A stretch of 64,000 nucleotides of DNA from Octopus vulgaris (Eukaryota), in assembly GCA_951406725.2 (NCBI GenBank), contig OX597827.1:74834001-74898000 (forward strand), given 5' to 3'. Below, in pieces: positions 1 through 13,436 of the stretch. Position 1 is the stretch's first letter. Each line of letters starts with the position of its first letter. Both the position numbers and the translations under genes were made by a program. The notes under the pieces were generated by a model. The model worked only from the letters and a program-made list of their open reading frames with translations. It made no database searches and was not told where the DNA came from.

Positions 1-1150
1 TATAATGGACACAGTTATAACGGCTTTGCTCATTGGTCTTCTCGATCAGCATTGACCTAAGGTGACGTAGTTACAAGAGTATTATAAAGTTTTCACAAAA
101 CAGTAGCATGTGATTAACTCTGAAGTGAAAAAGTCTTCAGTCATAAATAGCACCACTGTGGTATAGGTGAAATTAAATGCACCGTATCGGGTTTACAAGT
201 CAAAACAATAAGCGTTTTATAGTTTCACGTTTTACTCATAAATCTAAGCATTCTCAGATGACTATGGCTAACTATCATCATCATCATCATCAATAGCAGC
301 GGATGCTAACTGTTTTATCATCTAATTCAACAACAGTCACATCTGGAACGCATTTGGAACATAAACGTACTTCGTCGGTCCTCACCAAGGGTTAAACAAC
401 AACAACATCAAAAACTACAGCAACAACAACTTTGATCACTAATAGCTACTTCGCTGAAAACATAGCTACAGTAAAAATCAGGAGGAACGCCAACAACTAA
501 ATTAGAAGGAATGAGTAATTGTTCAGAGGAGCATTTACACAGCATTTCTACATCCTAGAAATAACGATTGCATCTTCCTCAAATTACATCCTCATAAAAG
601 AAGAAAACGTGTTTAGAGTAATATAGTCTTAGATATATTTTATCTAAAACTGAAGACAGAATGTTTATGGTTGGAATGATGTGGCTGGAATCATAAGTGC
701 CCTCAGTCGCGACTGGTCTGGACCTAAACAACATCAATAACAACGCGGATCAAGTTGACCAATGGGTCACATCTATATGTTCGTGTGGCGACCTCTAATC
801 TGATATTGTTTATCAAAGTTTATACAGGCATTTCAGTAGCAAACAAGACAATCTTTGTCACATAGTCCCCCGTACTACTAGGAACAGCAACAAAATCTCC
901 TTACCATTTTGAAAGAGGAATGAAACACTGCATAATGTAGTTTTAAGTAGACAATATCAGAGAGAGGAAAGAATCGGAAGGAGAAGGACAGAAAATCTTT
1001 GACTTCGTGTCTGCAGAGTGAGAGCTGACAAGGGGTCCAGCAACAAAATCACCAGTGCTAGACATACTGTTTACTACACCAAGAACAATTTGCATCGTAT
1101 CAGAATAACTGATCCTGAAATGATGCTGATGCTTAATTTATCTTCGTCAC

Positions 1151-1248
1151 CTTTCCTTTTTCTTCATATTCTGGAAACATGATAATCGTTGTACATTCTT
1201 GTTGCCATATCATTCTCCAAAAATCTACAATGGTTTCTTTTAGAGGCC
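1151..1248 (-). CDS. Receptor-type protein tyrosine phosphatase, PTP-domain exon (98 nt): GPLKETIVDFWRMIWQQECTTIIMFPEYEEKGK
   Basis: Minus strand reads ttctctttttacag|GG CCT CTA...GGA AAG|gtgacg. It carries the PTP motifs QGP and TxxDFWRMIW. Phase 1 start and phase 0 end; 98 nt is the conserved size of this exon in receptor PTPs. Confidence 0.95.
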
Positions 1249-2174
1249 CTGTAAAAAGAGAAACATAAAATCTATGAGATCAACCAATTCATCAGGCGGA
1301 TCTACAACTTGGATAAGATTTATTAGTATACGATAAATAATTGTCTCACAACCGGAAACACTAAACTTTTCGATAGATAGATAGATAGATAGCTAGACAG
1401 ACAGACGCATACATATATAACTACATACACACACACATATACATACATATATGCATACATATGCACACACACATACACATATACACACATTTAATAAAAC
1501 TGTCACTTAGTTTTACATTGCTTAAAATTTCGTGGGTGTACTAGGAATTCACCATATCAAATCGGAGTGCTCATAAAAACTTTAAACAAATATACTGGGA
1601 CCTACTTTCTTTTGTTTGTGCACTCATTATATCATTGTACTTATAAAAAGCTAAGTTTGTTTGTACGTTGACCACTATTTTCACTAAATAGAATTGGTAG
1701 GAAGTTAGTTTTTGTATGTTTAAACTAATTTAACTTACGTCATGTTCACTATGGACCTTTTTTTTTCCCCCGAAAACGGGTTTAAGGTGGTTTAGGTTAG
1801 TTATCTTTACAATTTCAAGTTCCGAAGTGTAGAAGTTGAAAAGATAATTTATTGACAAGCCTCTTATGCTGGAAAAGAAAGCTAAAACAGCTAATGGAGT
1901 GGGAATGTGTAACAGAAGCTGATAATAAATGCAGGCGAACTAAAAGATTTTGTTCTGAAGTTGCTGCTGTTTTAATCAAAATATACTGCAATTTTTTATC
2001 GTAAAATGATTAGTTTATCAGTTTCTCTCTCTCACACGCACACACACACAAACACACACATGTATATATATATATAGTCAATTCAAATAAATTATCATTC
2101 AAGTAAACGAATAAAATTAACGAACAGGACGTGCAAAAGTAACCTATTAGCTTGACGCTCGGTAAATATGTATA

Positions 2175-2430
2175 CAAGGGAGTGTACAAAAGTAACCGGA
2201 AACGTTCTCTGTGGGACAAGCTAGTTGTAGTTCAGGCTTCCGACACTAGAAGCTACTTTGTGCGACCCTCAAACATCAGTCTGCCACTGGCGTCCTGTAC
2301 AGATATCGTATTGCCACATGGTGCATCTTTGTTTTCCATTGTTTCATCGATTTTTGTGATGGCTAAAACGAAAGAACAGCGTTCTTCCGTGAAATTCTGT
2401 TTCCTGCTCGGGAAAATGGCACCGAAACAG
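2175..2430 (+). mobile_element. Mariner-like transposon 5' fragment
   Basis: TA followed by caagggagtgtacaaaagtaaccgg (TIR-like), then the transposase N-terminus MAKTKEQRSSVKFCFLLGK. Confidence 0.6.
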
Positions 2431-3533
2431 TTAAGCGCTAAGTGCATCACTCTTAGCAGTTTGAAATGGTCTTAAAAAATCATGGATTAGATACCAAAAA
2501 GAAATAACATCAGATGCTGTGGATAGAGGAGAGTGCTTGGGGCAGTGGGGAACGTATAATTTCACCAATTTTGAATGAAATATAGACCAGAATTTTTAAA
2601 CTATGACCAACCAACGACTCTACTCAGAAACTAGGATGCATCTTGTTACTCATTTAATTTGGGAGTGCCAGCTCAGATTGTTTGGCCATGTTGCTCGATT
2701 TCCCAAGTTAGATCTTGTTACAATATTTTCTTCATTGAGGACCCAGATAGGTTGACAATTTGTATTGGTCGACCATATGCCACATGATCACGGAAGATAA
2801 GGCGGTGTCTCGTGGAGATGGAGACTGACTGGAACTCTGTTTGACGGGTCGCCCGGGAGAACTCGGGAATATACCGACAAATGGTGATTGCAGCATGTCC
2901 CCTCACCTGACCTGATTGTGTCAGAATCAAACCACTACACAAACCTCTATAGTCAGGTACTTTAATTATCATAATCAATAAGTTACAAAAGCATAACGCT
3001 ACTGTTATTATTGAGCAGGCCTACTTTCAAGATCATTTAAGCCGTGACCATTCCACCTATTTTCCGGGACAGCATTAAATTAACTTACGTGACCAATCTT
3101 TTTCTGACGAGTGTGACTTGAAGAAGATTTATGTGATATTTCTAACTGTTTGTTCTGCAGCATTGTAAGGCCCCTTCGTGAGCTTGGCATGTTGCTATTA
3201 TTGTATAGTCCTAAGTAAACCTAATCGAGTTTAACTGTGGTCAAAAACGATCAAGCTGTCACCATCCTGTCCTTTTTGTATAGTAGGTACTACATTGTCC
3301 ATTGCACTCTTCTGTTGATAGCATATCGAGTGACCACATAAAAGTTCCCAAAATATGCTGTATTGTGAAATTGAGAAGTAACAATCACCACTTATAAATA
3401 AATATATTATTTATAATCTGAGAAAGCTATTGTTATTTTACATCAGCAAAGAAAATATATATAACAGATAATAAAATTATTAAAATATCATAAGTTCGTG
3501 ATAGATTGCTATGTTCAGTCTGAACCCACTTAC

Positions 3534-3558
3534 CTTGAGTTATTATGTACTTCCGATT
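3534..3558 (-). CDS. Receptor PTP micro-exon (25 nt): NRKYIITQ(G)
   Basis: tctgtttctctgttacag|AAT CGG AAG TAC ATA ATA ACT CAA G|gtaagt. Phase 0 to phase 1. It joins the next exon to give YIITQGP (PTP motif 4, YIAxQGP). Confidence 0.9.
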
Positions 3559-3790
3559 CTGTAACAGAGAAACAGATTAAGCAAACAAGTGACAGAAAGA
3601 ACATATAGCGTCAACAAAATAGCTAAAGTGAAAATACTTCCAAGCAGTTTCTACATATTAAATACAAATACCTAATATACATAGACAATAAGGCGTCGCG
3701 ATGTACTCTTGAGCAATTCACTTCGTTTCATGTTAGTCTACTTTACTTAGATGTAATTAGTACCAGCCGTGTTCTGATGCAGCCCCATTT

Positions 3791-3908
3791 TCTCTCTCTT
3801 TTTCTCTCTCTCTCTCTCCCTCTCTCTCTCTCTTTCTCTCTCTCTCTATCTCTTTCGCTTCTTACCTCTTCCTCTCTGCGTCTCTTCTCTCTCTCTCTCT
3901 CTCTCTCC
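3791..3908. repeat. (CT)n microsatellite
   Basis: Seen directly in the sequence. Confidence 0.95.
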
Positions 3909-5702
3909 TCAGTTAAATTCTGGAGTTTCCGCTTGGTCAAAAGTGGAAGGACCAAGGGGGTATTAATATCTGCTCGCGACTTACGACTGTAGTTTACCGT
4001 GATTTGTTCTTATTACCAAGACACATGTTGTGTTTCTTTAAACCAGTTAATCATAGAAAATTTCTTGGAATATTCATCAGCCGGAGTGAACGATACAAAT
4101 ATTGAATTTACCTGAGTAAAACCATGAGATGCTAATATTTTGTTTAAAAGTTACAAAATTGAATCTTCCACATTCAAATGTCAATTTACTACCAGAGAAA
4201 AAATACGAAGAATAGAGATTATCAAAGAAATTTGCAGGCAGGAGCTCTTACTAAATGTTAAATCCGGCCAAGATGAAACCTTTGTCGACTAATTACAAGA
4301 ATAAACTCATATAATTGAAGATTTTTATATTACGAATGTGATTTTATATCACGTTATATAATGTGTATATTGCATATTACACATTATATTACATATGTGA
4401 GACCCTAACGTTTCTATCATTGTTACCGAAGATGTGGTACATGCATCAACTACATACATGACAATGTTATTTTTGTTGTTGATGTTGTTGTTGTTGTTGT
4501 TGTTGTTTAACCCCTGGTTAACTTTGATCAACAAAGTTTATTATGAAGGTCGTGTTAGAGATGAGTATCCTGTTTTAAGGATATATGAAACTGCACTATC
4601 CACTGCACCCTTTTCTTCTTTTTTTACTTGATAAGTGAGTTTACAAGGGTGTTTGGCTACTATTGCTAGAAGGTCAGGTCGAGCAGCCACTTAGAAGCTC
4701 CACTTCAATTTTATGTAGTACATACAGAATATAGATACAAATATTTTATATCTAAGACGCCAATTATCAAAATATTTCTATTACAGCGAGTCACACGCAT
4801 ATGCTTGCGTGTGTATGTATGTATGTATTTATGTATGTATGTGTTATGTTTGCATGTGTGCACGTATGTATGTATGTGTTTATGCATGTATTTATGTATG
4901 TATGCATGCATGTATGTGTGTATGTATGCATGTATGTTTGTGCATACATTCAGAACACATACATATAGAGTGATGTATCAGCGTGGATTTGGCCATGAAG
5001 GCTAAAAGCAAACTAAAGAGCTGATGAAATATTTCCTACACAAGATACACTACGCTTTCTACAGATATGTTGCAAAATGATGTGGCAAACGTTGTTTAAC
5101 TCCAGCTCTGACTTGATTGTTCTGACCTATGAACACATCTTGATATTTGAAAGACATCTAGGACCACAGTATCCATTTTCATTTTTAAGATGTTTGGATT
5201 TTATTTCAAAGAACTACGTGGGTGTACTCTCGTTGGCTTATATTACATAATACTTGCTCATATGTGTGTATTTTGCTTAATGAATTAGAATATAGGTAAA
5301 TAATATATAATATATTGCAAGCATATATTATATATGTCCATATATTCCAAAGATGGGTCATGTATACAAATATGACACAAAAATGTTTTAGGACATATAT
5401 ACGTTATATGTTGCATGTACACTATACGTATGGTACATCTTATATGCTGTCATGCCGTATAAAAATCTAAAGAAACATGTTGCATATAGTGTATGTAATG
5501 TAGAGATAACGTATATGTATTTCACACATATGTTAGACGTATTGCACGAACCTTTTAAAAGTCTTATAATAATATGCTATGTGTATTTTATAATATTAAT
5601 ATATAAGATAAAGATAAACGTATGGAATATAATGTTTAACGATCTAAACTGCATATAAATTACATTGAAGTGTACTCTAAATATATTCTTTGTAATACTT
5701 AC

Positions 5703-5776
5703 GTTTAAATAGGATGCATTAATGTAATCTGAATATGATATCTCATCTGGATGCAGAATTATGCGAGAATGATCAT
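5703..5776 (-). CDS. Receptor PTP exon (74 nt): (Y)DHSRIILHPDEISYSDYINASYLN
   Basis: ttatcttatttcag|AT GAT CAT TCT CGC...TTA AAC|gtaagt. Contains motifs DxxR(V/I)xL and DYINAS. Phase 1 to phase 0. Confidence 0.95.
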
Positions 5777-5919
5777 CTGAAATAAGATAATATAATTATC
5801 AATAGTAATTACATAGACATAATATATAATGTGTAAAAACAAATGTACGTATATGTATGGTTATATGCATATATTTTTCATATAAATGATCGAACGCCAC
5901 GCATCCATTTCCAAGTAAG

Positions 5920-5982
<63 letters not shown>

Positions 5983-5994
5983 TATATATATATA

Positions 5995-6271
5995 CACCAC
6001 CGTGACCGACCAGGCTATCAGATGTTGCTACACATCGCTGGTCACAATGCGCCTCGCATTGTTTCAGCCTTCAAATGATGCCATCCCGCTGGCTAGGCAT
6101 GCAGGCCAACAGAAGAAAGAGTGAGAGAAAGTAGCGAAAGAGTACAGCAGGGATCGCCACCAACCGCTGCCGGAGCCTCGTGGAGCCATAGGTGTTTTCG
6201 CTCAATAAACACTCACAACGCCCGATCTGGGAATCGAAACCGCTGCCCTAAACACTGGGCCATTGTGTCTC

Positions 6272-6272
<1 letters not shown>
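5995..6272 (-). mobile_element. tRNA-type SINE between (TA)n tracts
   Basis: Minus-strand head ggagacacaatggcccagtgtttaggg..gtttcgattcccag with A/B-box-like motifs. Confidence 0.55.
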
Positions 6273-6336
<64 letters not shown>

Positions 6337-6769
6337 GCCAGGTAAAGTTGCGCTTGAGTGCTACTGGTACCATGTATTCCAGTACAACTTGTTCCATGGT
6401 CTGGTCGTCGGCGACTAAACTAGCAATGCCACCAGGCATGCTTGGTGATGTGTGTGCTTGATGAACACCCTGCGAGACAAAAAATAAGACCCGTCAAAAG
6501 GCAGAGGAACTACAACGTAGTCAACGGCCATTCAAATTCGTGTGTTTGTGGAGTGTTTGCATGTGTGTATTGTAAATATTGCATTTTAGACTCTGTGTGT
6601 GTGTGTGTGTTGTGCATATTGTATTTCAGCATGTGTGTGTGTACATATTTTATATTGTGTTTTTAAATTGCATATGTTGTATGTCAATCTTATGTATTCC
6701 ATATTGTATATTTTATGTATATATTGTATATCAATATTTTTATATATTGTAGATTTTTTTATCTAGTTT

Positions 6770-9700
6770 ATCCAGCGTATGGCTGTATCTTGCGCGGGGA
6801 CGTAGAAATAATCGGACTGAATACCCAATCGCGTGGTTAAACCATTGGGAGTGAAGGACCCCTAGCCTTTGTTAGGGTATCCTTCTAGGAGAAAGCAACT
6901 CAGGTAACTGGGATAACTCCGACATAAAACCTGCAGCTCAGTGGTTACCAATGATGTTGACTTCTTTTCGGATTATGGCTGCTGTTGTGGGTGGGATTGA
7001 CTCGGTGCACTGCCTTCCCTCACTTAAAAAAAATCTTCTTGCACAAGCATTGCCCGATAACAAAATTGACTGATTGATTGATTAATTAATTAACTAATTG
7101 ATGATTGTTGATAGTGCTATGAATGTCAACCGAATGGCTGGCTGTAGCGTTAAAAAGCAAACAATCAATGATGTACCTAAACAGTATAAAAATAAATGGC
7201 AGTAAGGACTCTGGAACCACTTCAAATGAAAGAGTCTGGCCCGGCAGGGACTCCAGAGAATCACAGTCTGAACCTGGCCGTCATCGTGCTACGGTGATAG
7301 AACCAAATAAAATATTGAATATTGGCTGTTGTAATGTACGGACACTGCTTGACCGCAAGTCCTCAGAATGTCCTTAACGAAAGACTGCTCTTGTTGCGAA
7401 GGAGCTTCGACGCTATGATCTTGACATCATTGTTTAATCTGAGACGAGATTAGCTGGAGATGGTCATCTTACTGAATCTTGTGGAAAATATACATTCTTT
7501 TGGAAAGGGAGAGATGAAATATTTAGAGGAGAGGCTGGCGTAGCATTTGCTGCTAAGACTACTCTTGTGGACAAGTTGGAAGAATTCTCAGTCGGGATTA
7601 ACGAGCGTCTGAGAATTCCTTTGATTAAAGGAAATTATGTGACCTTGGTGAGTGTGTATGCTCCAACTATCTGCTCTATTGATGACAAAAAAGTTTCTTT
7701 TTGCCATGCTTTGAAGGGCATTATAAAAAATATCCTTCGAGCAGACAAAGTCATTGTACTGGGTGACTTTAATGCTAGAGTGGGTAGGGATTTTAATACA
7801 TAGACTGTAACTGGAAAGCATGGGGTGGGAAAGTGTTATAGTAATGGTATGCTTCAGCTGCAGATGTGCGAGGATCTGCGTCAGTGTGTTACCAATACCA
7901 TGTTTCAACAAAAGAATAAGTTTATGACTACATGGATGCAACTTGCATCTAAAGAATAGCATATTCTGGATTACATCCTTGTTAGGGTGCATGACAGACG
8001 AAATGTGCAGTGTGTTCGTATTCTTCGTAGGGCTGAGTGTTGGACTGACCACAGCCTGGTACGTGCAAAAGTGAAATTAATCACAAAAGGTAAAATCCGT
8101 GCTGCAGGTATTACTCTGTCTAAAAGACTGAATGCTACTAGTCTTAGGCGTAATAGTGTGAAGAGAACTTTACGAGAGGAAATGAATGTAGCAGATATTG
8201 GTGAGGATTGGCCGACCCTTTAAAAGCCAGTTTATGATATAGGCAGGAAAGTTCTGGGATTGATGCAAAGAACGCATCAAGATTAGTTTAAAGAAAATGA
8301 TGAGCATATAGATGATTTATTGACTGATAAAAGATGTACTTTGTCACGCTGTTTGTCAGCAAAGCCACAGGAGAGAGTGTGTTGCATGGGGAACTCAAAG
8401 ATGTGAAATTACATGTGAGGCAGAGGCTCTCTCAAATGAGGGATACGTGGTGGAGTAAGAAGGCTGATGAGATACAAGCGGCGTCAGATTCCAACAACAT
8501 AAAGTTTTATGGTCTCTTGCGAAAAGTCTATGGATCGACTTCTCTGATGACACCACTTCGAAGCAGAGATGTTAAAGAACTCCATGATTCACAAGGGATT
8601 CTGCGAAGGTGGTGAGAACACTTTGATGAACTTTTGAATCAGCAGTCTGTAGTTAGTGAGGATATTCTCAATCTCATCCCTGAGTTACCTGTGAAGGTGG
8701 CTCTCGCGGAATCACCAATGCTGAAGAAGTTACTGTAGCTGTCTCAAGGATAAATAATGGGAGATCTCCGGGTATGGATGGCATACAGGCGGAGTTACTG
8801 CATGGCGGTGGGAAACTTCTGCAGCAACTTCACTCCTTGTTTGGCAGGATATGGGCTAGTGAATCTGTACCTGAGGACTGGAGAGATACAGTAATGGTGG
8901 TCTGATATTAGGAAAAGGGCAATAGGAATGATTGTGGTAACTATAGGGGAATATCATTGCTTTCTGTCGTAGGAAAGATTTTATGCAGGGTACTTCTGGA
9001 TCATCTGCTGAAGCACGTTGCAGATTGTGTTCTTCCAGAAAGTCAATCTGGCTTTCGTGTGGGACACGACACTGCTGAGGTGATCTACTCAGCTAGACAG
9101 CTTCAGGAGAAGTGTGTGGAACAGGGTCTGGATTTATATCAGTTTTTTGTCGATCTGACAAAGGCCTTTGATACCGTTAATAGAAATGCACTGTGGAAAA
9201 TCCTCCAGAAACTTGGTTGTCCTAAAAAGTTCCTTGCTTTGGTAAGATCTTTTCATGAAGACATGAAGGGTAAGATTAATGTTGGAGGTAAAATGTCGGA
9301 GCCTATCTCAATACAAAATGGAGTGAAACGGGGATATTCTGGCACCGATCCTATTTGCCATATATTATTTGATGGTTTTCAGTATTGCGTTCAAAAACTG
9401 CAGATATGGTGTTTACATCCATTATCGAACCCCTGGCAGCATATTTAATATCAGGCGCTTTGCTGCAAAAACAAAGGTATTTACCACTATCATAAGAGAC
9501 CGTTTGTATGCTGATGATGGTGATGTTGTAGCTCACACAGACATTTTGAATGCATTCTCCGATGCTTGCGCTGCTTAGGATTGACAGTCAGTTTCAAGAA
9601 AACTATTCTCATGTACCAGCCTGCCTCTGGTAAGCAGTATAGTGAACCAAATATCTATGTGTATGGTAAATGACTTGGTGTAGTGGATCAGTTTGTCTAC

Positions 9701-10680
9701 CTGGGAAACACTGTTTATAGATATAGCAATTTGTATAGTTAAATTCCATACAGAATTAGGAAAGCAAGTAATGCTTTCGGAAGGCTAGAAAGGCGCCTCT
9801 GGAGTCGGTGAGACATATGTAGGAAGACAACGATATAGGTGTACAAGGCGTGTGTGCTCTCTGCTCTTCTTTATGCCTGCGAAACCCGGGTCACATATCG
9901 ATACCACCTTAAACAGCTGGAGCGTTTCCATCAGATGTATATCAGATGGATCTATGGCATTAAGTGGGAGGATCGCATCAGTGATCTTGAGATATTGGAA
10001 AGCTCTCGGTGTGAAAGTATAGAAGTTCTTGTGTTGAAGCAAAGGCTCTGATGTAGTGGTCATCTAGTCAGGATGAAAGATTCAAGAATGCCAAAACAAC
10101 GCTTTTATAGAGAGTTAACTAAAGGAGAACGACCTCAACATAAACCAAAAAAGAGGTATAAAGACATGCCAAAGGCTTCATTGAAAGATGCTAGCATCTC
10201 TCCTGACACATAGGAGGGCATAGCTTTTGACCGTAGTATGTGGAGAGGGTTGTGCAAGAGGGGACAGCTTCGTTTGAGAAATCTCGAGTTGCGCATGAGA
10301 AAGTAAGGAGGGATGTCAGGAAGGGCATCACTGTTGCACTTCCAGACAAGGGTCCTCCTATGACTCTGACATGCAGTGTCTGTGCAAGACCGTACGCTGG
10401 TGGTGGTGTTACACACCATACTAATCATTTCTGTCAGGCATGAAGAAGGAAGTGTGATTCAATGGGAGGACTTAAATGACATGCAAAGGTACATGAAGCC
10501 CAATTACAATTACAGCCGGCTATTGCCAGTGAAGGTTTTAGCTGCCAATTCTGTCCAAGACATTGTAGATCTTTAGCTGGGCTAAGAAGTCACATTCGAT
10601 CACAGCACCAATAACAGTTAAGCCATGTGCAATGGCCATACATACACATACATACATACAAATAAATAAATATACATAAA
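6770..10680 (+). mobile_element. Near full-length decayed RTE/BovB-like LINE
   Basis: APE endonuclease motifs (NIGCCNVRTLLD, VLGDFNARVG, WTDHSLV), RT motifs (LPESQSGFR, FVDLTKAFDTV, LYADD), a C-terminal CxxC...H zinc finger and a (CATA/AATA)n tail. Many stops and frameshifts. Confidence 0.92.
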
Positions 10681-10683
10681 TAT

Positions 10684-10780
10684 GCCGCAGGAGTAGAGTA
10701 GTTGTGTCCTAAGAAGCTTCCTTCCCAACCACATGGTTCTGGATTCAGTCCCACTACGTGGCACCTTGTGCAAGTGTCTT
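10684..10780 (+). mobile_element. tRNA-type SINE head fragment
   Basis: ggttctggattcagtcccac B-box-like motif followed by ggcaccttgtgcaagtgtctt. Confidence 0.45.
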
Positions 10781-11099
10781 AGCTCCGCTCGAAACGTTAA
10801 ACCCTTCTTCTTTCCTAAGCGTCCAATAATACTATACTTTTTCCACGTCCTTGCGTTGTGTTTTCTCTTTGTGTTTTCATGTTTGGATTAACTTTATATA
10901 TATATATATATATCGTACTTATATATATATTTGTATTTATGTTCACTTAAGCTTTTTATTTTCTATGTTCTTCTGAGGAAAGAGCTGATTTCTAACAAAG
11001 ATACAAAGCTCCGTCGTTACGATGTTGATAGCAAAAACAATGTCACATTTTCAACTTCAGAAAAGCCTTCTATATTTTTAGTGTTCCACTTACAAATTG

Positions 11100-11460
11100 T
11101 TTTTGGAAATTGCGAGTTAGTTGGTTGATTCATTTTTCTGAAAACTCAATCTTATCCAGATTGTCACTTAGGCATTTGCTCACAAAACTAAGTGCACCAA
11201 TTATTATTAATGCAAATTTGAATTTATGATCTAGACAAGATGGTACATAGTTTTTCTTGTCTGTCTCAAATAACAATGTCCGACCTGTTACGCTTTCACT
11301 TGACAGCTGTTTTGATGGGAATGTTCCATCTGTATTCCTTGTGTTGGTTTTTGTGTTTCTTAGTTGTCTGAAGAGACTATTCGACATTCAAAGCTATACC
11401 TTGATACTGTGTGGACTAAGATCGCCGTTGACAAACCGCTGGTATTTATAGAGTGTTAAA
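11100..11460 (-). mobile_element. Degraded 3' end of an RLE (R4/Dong-like) LINE
   Basis: The IIIGALSFV motif resembles the PIIVGALG C-terminus of the other RLE LINE copies in the window. Confidence 0.45.
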
Positions 11461-11565
11461 CAGTTTCAGTACGGAAATTATGGACTCTTTCATAGAGTAA
11501 CTGCTGCATTTGTTGAGTATATAAACAGTTTGGCTGATTGTTTCTCTGGAGACTGTCAGAATAGT

Positions 11566-11622
11566 GTAGACACCTCTGATGAGAACCCAATAAGGTTCGA
11601 AAAGAGATTTTTTTCAGTCTGC
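11566..11622 (+). ncRNA. Degenerate hammerhead ribozyme motif
   Basis: CTGATGA-GAACC caataa GGTTC-GAAA core with a perfect stem II. Stems I and III form only with a bulge and G-U pairs. It lies upstream of a Penelope-like RT remnant. Confidence 0.5.
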
Positions 11623-11879
11623 GGAGAAATGGTTAAAATTTGCCCTGTTTATAGTTATACCATATGTTATATATTTATATATATATATTTATATATATAT
11701 ATATATATCACAATAGGAGAAAGAATGAATAGATATAATCTTGTATATGTGCATGTAGGTTTGTATTTCTTTTGCATGATTATTGAAATGAGGATGTGTG
11801 TTGAAACTGATGTTGTTATATTCTGGGAGTGCTTTTTGATTAAAGGCACACACATATACACACACACACATACATACTA

Positions 11880-12520
11880 AGTGTAATTCATTTAGTTATT
11901 GTTAATAAATAAATTGTTGATAAGGATGTGAAAGTCTTTATCCAGAGAGCTGTGATCTTCTCAGTGATTTTGTCTTCTACAATTGACTCAAAATCTAAGA
12001 AAGTTAAGATATTCACCATTGTAATAATTGTTATTTTAATTTATAATTACTTAAAGGAAGAGTTTATTTCATTTCTCATTTGATCATTTTTGTGGCTTCA
12101 CGTTGTTTAGAACTCAGTCATCTTTCAGTTATATCTTGTACTTCATTGCAAGTTTTTAAAATTCACTACTTTTCCATACCACAAACAAAAGGAAAACCTT
12201 CAATATATAAGCAAAATATCTAACCACCCTAAAATTATCAGAAATATTTTAGTCAAAACACACCTGCAACGTATCTAAATTTACCTCTCCTTTAATATGA
12301 AAATCAAAACATCAGAAACAAAAGTATATATATAGAAATGGCTTTCTCTGAATATATGTACAAATATTATTTTCCCAAATAAATTGCACTTCCTATTCAA
12401 AACTCCGACGAAGCTATAAAGTGTTATTCAGGTATTCAACTATGAGTTTATTGCATCTATAGCAGAAACAGTTGTAAGTTAATGAAGTACATAACATAAT
12501 CATTATATTCCTTTGTTATT
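11880..12520 (+). mobile_element. Highly decayed Penelope-like RT fragment
   Basis: Translation fragments FPYHKQK and LQYISKISNHPKII resemble the PLE RT motif Y.KP....YI...SNHP. Confidence 0.4.
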
Positions 12521-13436
12521 TCATGTTCTTATTACTACTCTATACTCGTCTAACACCTCGTTCTGAAGCATACGTATATGGAGTTCTAAGCTAATAATCT
12601 CGCAAGACCTGTGTGAAATATCAAGATACTGTGTGTGTGTTTGTGTGTGTGTAGCAAGAATGAATAAGTTTGATATTACGTAACTATATCCACTTACGAA
12701 CGTTTCGAGTGCCTTAAGGAATTGTTTCCATGCTAAACGATGGCTTGCATGTATAATCAATCAATAAATCGATTTACCAATTAATCGATTAATTAACGGA
12801 ACAGTTAGTCTCCAATCATTTTCTTCAGAACCTAAAAGATATAATGGCAGATTTTCAGATTCTGCCACAAATAAAACTTGCGTAAGATTGTAGAGCCATC
12901 TTTCATCGCCATCTGTATCCGTACTCCTCTTTCTCTCTCTCTCACTCTCTCTCTCACTCTCTCTCTCTCTCTCTCTCTCGCAAACTGACCCTATATCGGT
13001 TTCCATTCCATTTACTTTCGACTTCCATACTTCTTTGTAGTTCTCTGCCTCCACGCAAGTTTCTGTCTTGGCTATACCAGATATTACCCCTGAACACGGA
13101 AAGATTTTATGGCACTGTTGATACAACACTCTAAGCTATTCTCTTCTAAGAATATATAACATTCATAGCTTATTAGCCCTCATCTTTGTGTCTGGTTACA
13201 TACAGCCTGTCAATATTGTTCTTGCTGTGGATTGCTCCGTGCATTGTGAGTAGATTCCTCTATTTTCGATGTAGCTTCTGTAACTTCTCTTTCCTCTCAT
13301 TGAGGATAATTATCTCATACTTCACAAATGCAGTTGCCCATGTATTGATTGCTTGAAACTTTTTTCCTTCCATTACATTTTGACCGCATCATCCGTCTAA
13401 TTCATCAGAGACACTCAAGCATAAGCCTTTTCTCCA

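Noticed and set aside
12521-13110. Short minus-strand segments with splice-like sites (GSEENDWRLTVPL, LAWKQFLKALETF, SCEIISLELHIRMLQNEVLDEYR)
   Set aside because: No recognisable domain, and not needed: the 88-nt and 74-nt PTP exons already join in frame. I cannot support them as exons.
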